A stretch of DNA of 64,000 nt. It comes from Vicinamibacteria bacterium (GTDB lineage: Bacteria > Acidobacteriota > Vicinamibacteria > Fen-336). Position 1 is the first letter of the stretch, and each line of letters opens with the position of its first letter. The translations under genes and the position numbers were made by a program. The stretch covers positions 17,858 through 81,857 of the forward strand of contig DASSJI010000156.1 in the NCBI GenBank assembly GCA_035691285.1, read 5' to 3'. Positions 27,963-38,014 of this stretch are shown piece after piece. The notes beneath the pieces are model-generated. The model was not told where the DNA came from, ran no database searches, and saw only the letters and a program-made list of their open reading frames with translations.

Positions 27963-29669
27963 TTGTCGGACTTCCAGGTCTCCGACGAGCTCCTCAACAT
28001 CTACATCGAGGACGCGCGCGGTCACCTCGAGGCCCTCGACCACTGCCTGCTCTCCCTGGAGCGGGACGGCCTGGAGCCGGCGGCGGTGCAGGCGGTCCTC
28101 GGTCCGCTGCACACCCTGAAGGGCAACAGCGGGATGATGGGCTTCGGCCAGATCAAGGACTACGTCCACCGCCTCGAGGACGTGTTCGCCCAGCTCGGCG
28201 AGGGCGGCATCCCGCTGGGCCCCGGGGCGTTCGACAAGCTCTTCGCCGGGGCGAGCGCCCTGCGCGACGCCGTCGAGCAGGCGTTCAGGTCCAAGGCCGA
28301 GGTGCGCAGCCTCGACCCGGAGCGCGCGGAGCTCGACGCGCTGCTCGGCGCCGGGCTGAGCGAGCCCGCGGCGGCGCCGGCCCTGCCGGCGCCCGCGCCG
28401 GCCAAGCCCAGGCCCGCGGAGCCGAGGCGCACCGACGAGCGTTACGTCGCGCCGCGCTCCTCCACCGTCCGCGTCGACTTCGCGCAGCTCGACCACCTGC
28501 TCAACCTGGTCGGCGAGCTGATCATCCACCGCACCAAGCTCGACCAGGTGGGCACGCGCCTCGCCGAGCGGCTCGGGGGCCGCGAGCTCGCCCAGGAGCT
28601 GATCGACGCCGTCCACCACCTGGCCGGGGTCTCCGCCCAGCTCCAGGAGACCGTGATGGACGTCCGGATGCTCCCGATCCGCCACGTCTTCGAGCGCTTC
28701 CCGCGCATGGTGCGCGACCTCGCGCGCGCCCAGGGCAAGGAGATCGAGCTGATCCTCGAGGGCGACCGCACCCGGGTCGACAAGGCCATCATCGACGAGA
28801 TCGGCGAGCCCCTCGTGCACCTGATCCGCAACAGCGTCGACCACGGCATCGAGACGCCCCGGGAGCGCATCGCCCGCGGCAAGACCCCGACCGGGACGAT
28901 CCTGCTCTCGGCCGCCCAGGAGTCGAACCACGTCCTGATCACCATCATGGACGACGGCTCCGGGATCGACCCGGTCACGATCCGCAAGAAGGCCGTCGAG
29001 CGCGGCCTGCTGAAGCCCGACGAGAACCTCTCGGACCGGGAGCTCGTGCAGCTCATCTTCTCCCAGGGCTTCTCGACGCGGAGCGAGGTGACCGAGGTCT
29101 CCGGCCGCGGCGTGGGGCTCGACGTCGTGATCAAGTCCATCGAGCGCCTGTCGGGCCTGATCGAGGTGGAGTCGGTGCCGGGCGTCGGGACCAAGTTCAT
29201 CATCCAGCTCCCGCTCACCCTCGCGATCATCTCGGCGCTCATGGTCGAGGTGGCCGGACGCACGTATGCGCTGCCCCTTGCGGCGGTGCTCGAGAGCCTC
29301 AAGTTCCGTCTCCAGGACGTGCACCGCATCAACGGCCGCGACACGCTGCGCCTCCGGGATCGCATCGTGCCCCTGGTGCGGCTGGGCGCCCTGTTCGGCT
29401 TCTCGAACGCCGAGGCGGGGCGCTACGCCGTCATCCTGGGGCGCGGCGACAAGCGCGTGGGGCTGGTCGTGGATCGGCTCTTCGGTCAGCAGGAGATCGT
29501 GATCAAGGCCCTCGACGTGGCGGTGTCGGGAGGCCACGTGCCGGTGGCCGGCGCCACGATCATGGGCGACGGGCGCGTGGTGCTGATCCTCGACGTCGCG
29601 GCGCTCTTCGAGGGCAAGCGCCAGGCGCTCCTCGGGCGCGAGGCGCCCGCCCTGCCCGCCGGGGCCTGA
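27963..29669 (+). CDS. cheA: chemotaxis histidine kinase CheA (P1-P3-P4-P5, no P2)
   Basis: HTLKGNSGMMG Hpt, a dimerization domain, HATPase (GRGVGLD), and a CheW-like domain. Confidence 0.9.
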   Translation: MSDFQVSDELLNIYIEDARGHLEALDHCLLSLERDGLEPAAVQAVLGPLHTLKGNSGMMGFGQIKDYVHRLEDVFAQLGEGGIPLGPGAFDKLFAGASALRDAVEQAFRSKAEVRSLDPERAELDALLGAGLSEPAAAPALPAPAPAKPRPAEPRRTDERYVAPRSSTVRVDFAQLDHLLNLVGELIIHRTKLDQVGTRLAERLGGRELAQELIDAVHHLAGVSAQLQETVMDVRMLPIRHVFERFPRMVRDLARAQGKEIELILEGDRTRVDKAIIDEIGEPLVHLIRNSVDHGIETPRERIARGKTPTGTILLSAAQESNHVLITIMDDGSGIDPVTIRKKAVERGLLKPDENLSDRELVQLIFSQGFSTRSEVTEVSGRGVGLDVVIKSIERLSGLIEVESVPGVGTKFIIQLPLTLAIISALMVEVAGRTYALPLAAVLESLKFRLQDVHRINGRDTLRLRDRIVPLVRLGALFGFSNAEAGRYAVILGRGDKRVGLVVDRLFGQQEIVIKALDVAVSGGHVPVAGATIMGDGRVVLILDVAALFEGKRQALLGREAPALPAGA

Positions 29670-29672
29670 GGG

Positions 29673-30428
29673 ATGGCGAGGGAGTCGCGGAAGAAGCCGT
29701 CGCGGAAGCCGGGGGGAGCCCCCGGGTGGACGGCCGGAGGGGACGACTCCTTCGTGTTTCCCGCGGAGCCCGCGCCGGCCGCGAGCGGCCGCATCTCGCT
29801 GCCCTCGTCGGGGCTCGCGTCGGACATCCTCGGCCGCTCCGAGGCGTCCCTCGTGCGCGCCGAGGCCGAGCCCGAGGCCCCGGAGGCGGCGCCCGCCGGC
29901 GACGACAGCTCCCTCCAGCGCGTCCACAACATCTCCTTCTTCGCGGCGCCTGCGCGCGAGGAGAAGACCGCCGTCGAGGCGCAGGAGCACCTCGTGACCT
30001 TCTTCCTGTCCGGGGAGGAGTACGGCGTGGACGTGCGACTGGTCCAGGAGATCATCCGCGTCGTCGAGATCACCCAGGTGCCGCGGGCGCCTGACTTCAT
30101 CAAGGGGGTCATCAACCTGCGCGGGCGGATCATCCCGGTCATCGACCTGAAGCGGAAGCTGGGGCTCGGAGAAGTGGCCCTGGAGCGGCAGACCCGCGTC
30201 GTCGTGATCCGGCTGCGCGATCGGCTCGTCGGGCTGCTCGTCGACGGCGCCTCCCAGGTCCTCAAGGTTCCCGTCTCGACGATCGAGGCGGCGCCCGAGG
30301 AGGTGGTGGAGATCGACGCGAACTACATCCGCGGCGTGGCGAAGCTCGAGAAGCGCCTGATCATCCTCGTGGACCTGCCCAAGATCCTCGGGATGGATCG
30401 CGAGACGGCGATGAGCCTGCCCACATGA
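29673..30428 (+). CDS. cheW: CheW coupling protein with about 100-aa low-complexity N-terminal extension
   Basis: CheW domain from LVTFFLSGEEYGVDV to LVDLPKIL. Confidence 0.85.
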   Translation: MARESRKKPSRKPGGAPGWTAGGDDSFVFPAEPAPAASGRISLPSSGLASDILGRSEASLVRAEAEPEAPEAAPAGDDSSLQRVHNISFFAAPAREEKTAVEAQEHLVTFFLSGEEYGVDVRLVQEIIRVVEITQVPRAPDFIKGVINLRGRIIPVIDLKRKLGLGEVALERQTRVVVIRLRDRLVGLLVDGASQVLKVPVSTIEAAPEEVVEIDANYIRGVAKLEKRLIILVDLPKILGMDRETAMSLPT

Positions 30429-31357
30429 ACGCCGTGCCAAGGAGAGTGCCCATGAGAGTGCGTATCGCCCTGGCCGCCGCGGTGCTGGCGGCCCCGGTCC
30501 TCTCCGCCGCGGCGGACGTCGCGGTGCTGAAGAGCACCGACACCCCGGCCTGGCGCCCCGCCATCGACGCCCTGCGGCGGGGCGCGGGCGCCCACGCGGT
30601 GACCGAGCACGACCTCCGGAACGACCGGGCCGAGGCGGACCGCGTGATCGCCGGCCTCAAGGGCAAGGCCGCCGTGATGGTGGCGATGGGCCCGCTCGCG
30701 GCGCAGGCGGCGCGCGAGGGCGCCCCCGAGATCCCCCTGGTCTTCTGCATGGTGCAGGACCCGGCCCGGCTCGGCCTGGCCGGGGCGCCCAACGTGACCG
30801 GCGTGTCCTTCCAGATCCCGATCAAGAACCAGCTCGCGGCCTTCCGGCTGGTCAACCCCCGCGCCGTGAAGATCGGCGCGATCTACTCCGAAGCCAACAC
30901 CGGCCCCCAGGTGGCCGAGGCCACCAAGTCCGCGGGCGTCGTGCGCCTCAACGTGGTCGGCCGACCCGTGGCCTCCGAGCGCGACGTGCCCGAGGCGCTG
31001 CGCGGTCTCTTGAAGGGCGGGGACGCCGTGGATGCGCTCTGGATCCCGCCCGACCCGATCCTGCTCGGAGACGAGTCGCGCCGCTACATCCTCGCGGAGA
31101 CCCTGAAGGCGGGCAAGCCCGTGTACAGCTTCTCCTCGGCCCTCGTGGCGGAGGGGGCGCTCGTCTCGAACGGTCCCGACATGGGCTCGATCGGCGACCA
31201 GGCCGCGGAGCTCGTGAACCGCATCGCCGGCGGCGAGAAGGGCAAGATCGAGATGCTGGTCCCCCGGGCCGAGCTCGTGATCAACAAGAAGATCGCCGAC
31301 AAGCTCAAGGTCGACGTTCCCATCGACGCGCTGAAGGCGGCGGGAAAGGTGTTTTGA
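30425..31357 (+). CDS. periplasmic substrate-binding-like protein (COG2984-type ABC periplasmic component fold) embedded in the che operon
   Basis: Signal peptide and type-I periplasmic binding protein-like alternating pattern. ATGA overlap with cheW; stop abuts the mcp start. Confidence 0.55.
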   Translation: MNAVPRRVPMRVRIALAAAVLAAPVLSAAADVAVLKSTDTPAWRPAIDALRRGAGAHAVTEHDLRNDRAEADRVIAGLKGKAAVMVAMGPLAAQAAREGAPEIPLVFCMVQDPARLGLAGAPNVTGVSFQIPIKNQLAAFRLVNPRAVKIGAIYSEANTGPQVAEATKSAGVVRLNVVGRPVASERDVPEALRGLLKGGDAVDALWIPPDPILLGDESRRYILAETLKAGKPVYSFSSALVAEGALVSNGPDMGSIGDQAAELVNRIAGGEKGKIEMLVPRAELVINKKIADKLKVDVPIDALKAAGKVF

Positions 31358-33655
31358 ATGGGCTTCGGAGGCTCCCGTTCCATCAGGACCAAGCTCGTGC
31401 TGCTCACCGCGCTGGTGGCGGTGATGACCGGCGGCATCGCCACGGTGTTCTCGGCTTTCAGCAGCGGGGCGGTGCTCCGCGAGGAGCTGATCAAGCGCGG
31501 CAACTACATCGCCTCGAACCTCGCCTACAACAGCAAGTACGGCGTCCTGACCGAGGACAAGCCGCTGCTCTCGCAGCTCCTCGAAGGGGCCATGTCCTCG
31601 GTCGCGGGCCAGACCTCCGACGTGGTCGGCGCCATGATCCGCGACCAGCAGGGCGGCATCCTCGCCCAGAAGGGGCTCTCGGTGAAGAGCCTTCCGGCGA
31701 CGCCGGCCAAGGCCCTCGAGAGCGTGGACGCCGCCACGGAGCAGGGCGAGAGCGCCATGCTGTTCCGCGCGCCCGTCACGACCACGGCGTCGGGCGGCGG
31801 CATGGCGGCGGAGCTGGGCATCGCACCGGCTTCGTCCGGCTCGGCCGGCGAGGAGCAGAAGGGCGGCGTCGAGATCGTCCTCTCGACGACGCAGCTCCAG
31901 ACGCGCCAGACGAGCCTGTTCTTTCGCACCACCCTGGTCGGGCTCCTGCTGATCGGGCTGGGCGCGACGGGCGGCTGGTATCTCATCGGGCTGTGGTTCC
32001 AGCCGGTGCAGAACATGGTGGACGTGGCCGCCGCCGTGGCGAAGGGCGACCTGACCGAGAGCCTCAAGATCGAGTCGGGAGACGAGATCGGCACGCTGGC
32101 CCAGAGCCTCAACGAGATGGTCGCGAACCTCCGGCGCGTCGTCGACAACATCCAGGAGACCTCGGTGCAGGTCGCCTCGAGCGCGGGCGAGATCTCCGCC
32201 AACGCCAAGCTGATCACCCAGGGCGCCCAGAGCCAGGCGCAGGCCGCCGAGGAGACCTCGACCTCCATGGAGGAGATGGCGGCCTCGATCCAGACCGTCG
32301 CCGGCAACGCCCAGCAGCTCGCCCAGTACGTCGACGAGACCTCGTCCTCGATCACCGAGATGGGCGCCTCCATCGAGGAGGTCGCGCGCTCGACGGCCAC
32401 GCTGGCATCGACGGTGGCCGAGGCCTCGGCCACCGTCGAGCAGATGACGGTCTCGACGGATCAGGCCGCGAAGAACCTCGAGCAGGTGGCCGAGACCGTC
32501 TCCGAGACCTCGGTCACGATCGAGGAGATGACGTCTTCGATCGAGGCGGTGGCCCGCAACGCCGAAGTGCTGCAGGGCGCGTCCCAGCGCGCGAGCCAGG
32601 TGGTCTCCGAGATGGCAGGCGCCGTCACCGACGTGGCCAAGATCGCCGCCGAGGCCGACCGCATCAGCCAGAAGGCCAGCGAGGACGCCCGCACCGGCGA
32701 CGTGTCGGTGACGACGACCATCCAGGGCATGAAGACGATCTCGGAGACCATGGAGAACACCGCCCGGGTCATCACCAGCCTGGGCAAGCGCAGCCAGGAG
32801 ATCGGCAAGATCCTCGAGGTGATCGAGGAGATCGCCGACCAGACGAACCTGCTGGCCCTGAACGCCGCCATCGAGGCCGCCCGCGCCGGCGAGGCGGGCC
32901 GCGGCTTCGCCGTGGTCGCCGACGAGGTGCGCAAGCTGGCCGAGCGCTCCGTCGAGGCCACCAAGGAGATCGGCGAGGTGATCCGCCAGGTGCAGCAGGA
33001 GACCACCGACGCCGTCGACGTCGCGAAATCCGGCGCCTCCGAGACGAAGGAGGGCATCCAGCTCGCCGACCAGGCCGGCCTCGCCCTGCGTCGCATCATC
33101 GAGTCGGTCTCGCGCTCGAGCCAGCTCATGGCCGAGATCGCCCAGGCGACGGCGAAGCAGTCGCGGGCCTCCGCCGAGGTGCTGAAGACCGTGAGCGACA
33201 TGAACGCGGTCACCGAGCAGGTCACGACCGCGGTGCGCGAGCAGGCCGCCGGCTCGAAGCAGATCCGCCAGGCCGTCGAGCACATCAACAAGACCATCGG
33301 CCAGGTGGCCTACGGCACCAAGGAACAGGCCCAGGGCGGCCGCCAGGTTCGCGTCGCCGTGGAGAACATGAACAAGATCGCCTCCCAGGTCGGGATCGCG
33401 ACCAAGGACCAGGCCGAGGGCAGCCGCACGATCATCCGCTCGGTGGAGAACATGAACCGGATGACCCAGCAGGTCTCCTACGCCACCGCCGAGCAGAAGC
33501 GGGGCGGCGAGCTGGTGGTGAAGGCCATGGAGAACATCTCGACGATCGCCCGGGACAACCTCTCCACCGTGGAGGAGATGTCCAAGGCCACCTCCAACCT
33601 GGCCCAGCAGGCCGAGAACCTGGCGAAGCTGATCGCGGTCTTCCGCGCGAAGTAG
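31358..33655 (+). CDS. methyl-accepting chemotaxis protein (2 TM, periplasmic domain, HAMP, long MA domain)
   Basis: Conserved hairpin [33 protein letters not shown]. Confidence 0.9.
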   Translation: MGFGGSRSIRTKLVLLTALVAVMTGGIATVFSAFSSGAVLREELIKRGNYIASNLAYNSKYGVLTEDKPLLSQLLEGAMSSVAGQTSDVVGAMIRDQQGGILAQKGLSVKSLPATPAKALESVDAATEQGESAMLFRAPVTTTASGGGMAAELGIAPASSGSAGEEQKGGVEIVLSTTQLQTRQTSLFFRTTLVGLLLIGLGATGGWYLIGLWFQPVQNMVDVAAAVAKGDLTESLKIESGDEIGTLAQSLNEMVANLRRVVDNIQETSVQVASSAGEISANAKLITQGAQSQAQAAEETSTSMEEMAASIQTVAGNAQQLAQYVDETSSSITEMGASIEEVARSTATLASTVAEASATVEQMTVSTDQAAKNLEQVAETVSETSVTIEEMTSSIEAVARNAEVLQGASQRASQVVSEMAGAVTDVAKIAAEADRISQKASEDARTGDVSVTTTIQGMKTISETMENTARVITSLGKRSQEIGKILEVIEEIADQTNLLALNAAIEAARAGEAGRGFAVVADEVRKLAERSVEATKEIGEVIRQVQQETTDAVDVAKSGASETKEGIQLADQAGLALRRIIESVSRSSQLMAEIAQATAKQSRASAEVLKTVSDMNAVTEQVTTAVREQAAGSKQIRQAVEHINKTIGQVAYGTKEQAQGGRQVRVAVENMNKIASQVGIATKDQAEGSRTIIRSVENMNRMTQQVSYATAEQKRGGELVVKAMENISTIARDNLSTVEEMSKATSNLAQQAENLAKLIAVFRAK

Positions 33656-33730
33656 ACGCGCCACGGAGACCCTGAGGACACGGAGCAGGAGGACGCCCCG
33701 CAAGGGCGTGTCTCCGCGGCGTCGCGATCC

Positions 33731-36097
33731 ATGAGCCTCGACATCCAGGCCGCCCTCGAGGCGCTGCGCTCCGGAGAGGAGTCGGTGCGCCGGGCGACCG
33801 TGGACCACCTCGGCCGTTCGGGCCTGCGCGAGGCGATACCCGCGCTCCTGACGGCGGTCGGCGACGACTCCTGGCCCGTGCGCCAGGCGGCGGCGGAGCA
33901 GCTCGCCGGCTTCGATCGCGCGGCGCTGCTGCCCGCCCTCGAGGCGGCCCTGCGCAACGACGAGGACGCGGCGCTGCGCAACGCGGCGATGGAGATCTAC
34001 GTGAAGCTGGGCGGGGCGGCGGTTCCCCCCCTGCTCGCCCTCATGGAGGACAGGGACGAGGAGATCCGCAACTTCGCGGCGGTCATGCTCGGCACGCTGC
34101 GCGACGAGCGCAGCGTGCCGGCCCTGGTCCGGGCGCTCCAGGACCCGGACGTCAACGTGCGCCACGCTGCCGCCGCGAGCCTGGGCCAGATCGGCTCCCG
34201 CGAGGCGGTGCCGCCGCTGATCGAGGCCCTGCGCACGGAGACGTGGCTCCAGTATCCGGCGATCACCGCCCTGGGCGAGATCGGAGACCCGCGCGCGACG
34301 CCGGCGCTCCTCGAGCTGCTCTCCGACGAGATGTTGCGCGGTCCTGTGCTCGAGGCCCTCGGACGGGTGGCCGGGCGCGAGGCGCTGCGCCACCTGATCC
34401 CGGGCCTGTACGCGGCCGATTCGGTGCTGCGCAACCTGGCGATCAAGGCGGTCGTGGCGATCGAGCAGCGGGCCACGGCCGAGGGCGAGAGCCTCGACCC
34501 CGACGTCCAGGCCGCGCTGCGTCGCGGCGACCTCGTCGAGCACCTGCTCCATACGCTCGACGACGACGACCCCACGATCCGGCGTACGGCGGTGATCACC
34601 CTCGGCTGGCTCAAGGAGCCGCGGGCCGAGGCGGCCCTGATCCGCCTGCTCGCCGAGCCGGGGCTGCAGGAGTACGTCACCCACGCCCTCGTCTCGATCG
34701 GGTGCCGGGACCGGGCGGCCTATCAGGAGGGGCTGCAGCACCCCGACGACGCCGTGCGCCAGGGCACGCTGCGGTGCGTCGCCTGGATCCAGCCGCCGGG
34801 GGCCATCGAGCTCGTGGCGCCGCTCATCCACGACCCGGCCGTCGAGGTGCGGGCGGAGGCCGTGGCCGCCATCGGGCGCGTCGGGCACGAAGACGCCCCG
34901 ATGCTCCTGTTCGAGCTGCTCGGGGACGAAAGCGAGATCATCCAGGAGAGCGCCATGGAGGCGCTGGCGCGCGCCGCGCCCGAGAAGGTGGTGCCACTCC
35001 TGCTCCAGGCCCTCGGCAGCGCGGACGTGCAGGTGCGGATCCGCGCCGCCGAGACCCTCGGCTTCCTGCGCCAGCCCGAGACGGCCCCCGCGCTCATCGC
35101 CTTGAGCCGGGATCCGCGCGAGCACGTGAGGCGCGCGGCGATCAAGGCCCTGGGCGAGCTGGAGGCGCCGGGCGTGAAGGACCTGCTCCGGGCGGCGCTC
35201 CTCGACGAATCGAGCCTGGTGCGCCAGCAGGCCGTGCTGTCGCTGGGCAAGCTCCAGGAGCCCGACACGGCGGAGGACCTGCTGCCGCTGCTGGACGACC
35301 CGGATCCGAAGATGCGCTTCGTCACGCTGCGCGCCCTGGGGCAGGTCCGCGGGCCGGAGGCCGTGACCCGGGTGCTGCCGTTCCTGCAGGAGGCGCGCAA
35401 GGAGCTGCGCTTCGCGGCGGTGGAGGCGCTCGGCCAGATGCGGGCGCTCCTGGCCGTGCGGCCCCTGATCGCCGTCCTGAGCGACGCCGACCGCAACCTG
35501 CGCCGAGCGGCCGCGGAAAGCCTCGGCGCCGTCGGCGACCCGCAGGCGGTGCCGCCGCTGCTCCTGGCCCTGGAGGACGACCACTGGAGCGTGCGCTGCG
35601 CCGCCGCCGCCGCCCTCGGCCGCATCGGCAGCGTGAAGGCGACGGCCGGGCTCCTGAGCCGGCTCGACGACGAGGACCCCACGGTGCGGCGCGCCGCCAT
35701 CGCCGCGCTGGGCGAGGTCGCGGACGCCCGGGCGGCGTTCCGGCTGATCCAGTCCCTGCAGGACCCCGCGCTGCAGGCTTCGGCCCTCGAGGCGCTGCGC
35801 CGGATGGGGCCGGCCGCGCTCCAGGAGATCGAGCGCGCGTTCGCGTCGCTCGCCGCGGACGCCCGCCGCCTGCTGGTGGACCTCGTCGGCCGCATCGAGG
35901 ATCGCCGCGCCGCCCGGCTGCTGCTCGACGCCCTCGCCGATGCCAGCGCCGCGGTGCGCGCCGAGGCCGCGCTGGCCCTGGGCGACGGCGGACACCTCGA
36001 CGCCCTGCGGCCGCTCATGGCGCTCAAGTCCGCCGACCCGGCGGCCGAGGTGCGCAAGGCCGCCGCGACGTCGCTGCGCAAGCTCCAGCCGCGATGA
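33731..36097 (+). CDS. HEAT-repeat (PBS-lyase-type) protein, about 20 repeats
   Basis: Repeated A(I/V)P(A/P)L(I/L)xxLxDxDxxVRxxAAxALGxIG units. Comparable to M. xanthus Cpc7 in the Che7 cluster. Confidence 0.8.
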   Translation: MSLDIQAALEALRSGEESVRRATVDHLGRSGLREAIPALLTAVGDDSWPVRQAAAEQLAGFDRAALLPALEAALRNDEDAALRNAAMEIYVKLGGAAVPPLLALMEDRDEEIRNFAAVMLGTLRDERSVPALVRALQDPDVNVRHAAAASLGQIGSREAVPPLIEALRTETWLQYPAITALGEIGDPRATPALLELLSDEMLRGPVLEALGRVAGREALRHLIPGLYAADSVLRNLAIKAVVAIEQRATAEGESLDPDVQAALRRGDLVEHLLHTLDDDDPTIRRTAVITLGWLKEPRAEAALIRLLAEPGLQEYVTHALVSIGCRDRAAYQEGLQHPDDAVRQGTLRCVAWIQPPGAIELVAPLIHDPAVEVRAEAVAAIGRVGHEDAPMLLFELLGDESEIIQESAMEALARAAPEKVVPLLLQALGSADVQVRIRAAETLGFLRQPETAPALIALSRDPREHVRRAAIKALGELEAPGVKDLLRAALLDESSLVRQQAVLSLGKLQEPDTAEDLLPLLDDPDPKMRFVTLRALGQVRGPEAVTRVLPFLQEARKELRFAAVEALGQMRALLAVRPLIAVLSDADRNLRRAAAESLGAVGDPQAVPPLLLALEDDHWSVRCAAAAALGRIGSVKATAGLLSRLDDEDPTVRRAAIAALGEVADARAAFRLIQSLQDPALQASALEALRRMGPAALQEIERAFASLAADARRLLVDLVGRIEDRRAARLLLDALADASAAVRAEAALALGDGGHLDALRPLMALKSADPAAEVRKAAATSLRKLQPR

Positions 36098-36104
36098 CGA
36101 CCTG

Positions 36105-36974
36105 ATGTTCCATCCCTCGGACCGCGAGATCGAGCTGGGCGAGGAGGAGTTTCGCCTGCTCCGCGACTTCATCCACGAGAAGTTCGGCCTCTTCTTCGAC
36201 GACGCCCAGCGCCACACGCTGCGGGCGCGGCTGGCGTCGCGGCTCACGAGCCTCGATCTCCTCTCCTACGAGGACTACTACCACTACCTGCGCTTCGGCC
36301 CGCAGCGGAACGAGGAGCTGCAGCGGATGGCGAGCCACCTCACCAACAACGAGACCTACTTCTTCCGCGAGCAGCCCCAGCTCCAGGTCTTCCAGGACCA
36401 CGTGCTCAAGGCGCTCAAGGAGCGCAAGGCACGGACGGGCGAGCGCGCCCTGCGGATCCTCTCGGCGGGCTGCTCCACCGGCGAGGAGATCCACACGATC
36501 GCGATGATCGTCTACGACAGCGGGCAGTTCTTCTGGAACTGGGAGGTGGATCTCGTGGGCCTCGACATCGACGAGGCGGCGCTGGAGCGGGCCCGCAAGG
36601 GCATCTACTTCCACAATTCCTTCCGCGGCCTGCCGTCCGCCATCCGCGAGCGCCACTTCTCGCGGGAGGGAGCGGGGGAGCGCGTCAAGGAGCCGCTGCG
36701 GCGGCTGATCCGCTTCCGGCAGGGCAACCTGATGGAGGCCGGCAGCTTCGACGGGCTGCGCCCGGTGGACGCGATCTTCTGCCGGAACGTGCTCATCTAC
36801 TTCTCCGACACCGCGATCCGGAAGGTGGTGGAGCACTTCTGGCGCACGCTCGCCCCCGAGGGCTACCTGATGCTCGGCCACGCCGAGTCGCTCTCGCGGA
36901 TCACGGACAGCTTCACGCCGATCCGCTTCCCGGGCGCCATGGTCTACCAGAAGCCCGTGCAGGCCGGCGCATGA
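36105..36974 (+). CDS. cheR: chemotaxis protein methyltransferase CheR
   Basis: Internal ATG of ORF 35940..36974, just after the HEAT gene stop. SAM-binding LRILSAGCSTGEE. Confidence 0.9.
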   Translation: MFHPSDREIELGEEEFRLLRDFIHEKFGLFFDDAQRHTLRARLASRLTSLDLLSYEDYYHYLRFGPQRNEELQRMASHLTNNETYFFREQPQLQVFQDHVLKALKERKARTGERALRILSAGCSTGEEIHTIAMIVYDSGQFFWNWEVDLVGLDIDEAALERARKGIYFHNSFRGLPSAIRERHFSREGAGERVKEPLRRLIRFRQGNLMEAGSFDGLRPVDAIFCRNVLIYFSDTAIRKVVEHFWRTLAPEGYLMLGHAESLSRITDSFTPIRFPGAMVYQKPVQAGA

Positions 36975-37999
36975 AGCGGCGCAGGATCCGGGTCCTGGTC
37001 GTGGACGACTCGGCCTTCGTGCGCCAGGCCCTCACGCGGATGCTCTCGGGCGAGGCCGACATCGAGGTCGTCGGCCAGGCCGTCGACGGACGGGACGGGC
37101 TCGACAAGATCCGCGGCCTGCACCCGGACGTGGTCACCATGGACGTCCAGATGCCGCGCATGGGCGGCCTCGAGGCGCTGGCGGAGCTGATGGCCCAGAA
37201 CCCGGTGCCGGTGTTGCTGCTGTCGTCCCAGACCCGCGAGGGGGCGGAGGTCACGCTGCGGGGCCTGGAGCTCGGCGCCCTCGACTTCGTGGACAAGTCG
37301 CGGGTGCAGGGGAACATGAACCTTCTCAACCTGGCCGAGGAGCTCAAGGCCAAGATCCGCGCCATCGCGGGCGTCCACGTGCCCCGGCGGGCCGCCGACG
37401 AACGCCCGCTGCCGGTGCTGCCGCGCAAGGCGCGGGCCGACGTGGTGGTCATCGCCACCTCGACGGGCGGGCCGCCGGCGCTCCAGGCCATCCTCCCGCG
37501 GCTGCCTCGCGCGCTGCCCTCGGCTGTGCTGGTGGTCCAGCACATGCCCGTGGGCTTCACGCGCTCGCTGGCCGAGCGCCTGTCGACCCGCAGCGAGCTG
37601 CCGGTGCGAGAGGCCGAGGACGGAGAACCCGTGGAGCCCGGCCTGGTGCTCGTGGCGCCGGCGGGCAAGCACACGAAGGTGCGCCGGCGCGGGGCGCTGG
37701 TCAGGGTCGTGCTGGACGACGAGCCGAAGCACGCGCTGCACCGGCCCTCGGCCGACGTGCTGATGGCCACGGTGGCCCGCGTCTACGGCTCGCGGGCGCT
37801 GGGCGTGGTGCTGACCGGGATGGGCTCCGACGGCACCGAGGGGCTCCGGGCGATCCGGGAGCACGGCGGGCGCACCCTCGCCGAGGCCGAGGAGAGCTGC
37901 GTGATCTACGGGATGCCCAAGTCCGCCGTCGAGGCCGGCGTCGTGGACGAGTCGGTGCCCCTCGAGCGCATGGCCGAGGCGATTCTCGCGGCGGTATAG
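36971..37999 (+). CDS. cheB: chemotaxis methylesterase CheB (REC + CheB_methylest)
   Basis: VVIATSTGGPPAL and GMGSDG motifs. ATGA overlap with cheR. Confidence 0.9.
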   Translation: MKRRRIRVLVVDDSAFVRQALTRMLSGEADIEVVGQAVDGRDGLDKIRGLHPDVVTMDVQMPRMGGLEALAELMAQNPVPVLLLSSQTREGAEVTLRGLELGALDFVDKSRVQGNMNLLNLAEELKAKIRAIAGVHVPRRAADERPLPVLPRKARADVVVIATSTGGPPALQAILPRLPRALPSAVLVVQHMPVGFTRSLAERLSTRSELPVREAEDGEPVEPGLVLVAPAGKHTKVRRRGALVRVVLDDEPKHALHRPSADVLMATVARVYGSRALGVVLTGMGSDGTEGLRAIREHGGRTLAEAEESCVIYGMPKSAVEAGVVDESVPLERMAEAILAAV

Positions 38000-38014
38000 A
38001 ATTCGGTCTCTCCG

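Noticed and set aside
33731-36097. Internal DNA periodicity in the HEAT, TPR and MCP genes
   Set aside because: It reflects protein-level repeats, not a CRISPR array or a mobile-element repeat. There are no spacers or direct-repeat structure.
30323-36247. 1974-aa minus-strand ORF across cheW-mcp-HEAT
   Set aside because: Antisense to conserved che genes. The translation is low-complexity (RRGG-rich).
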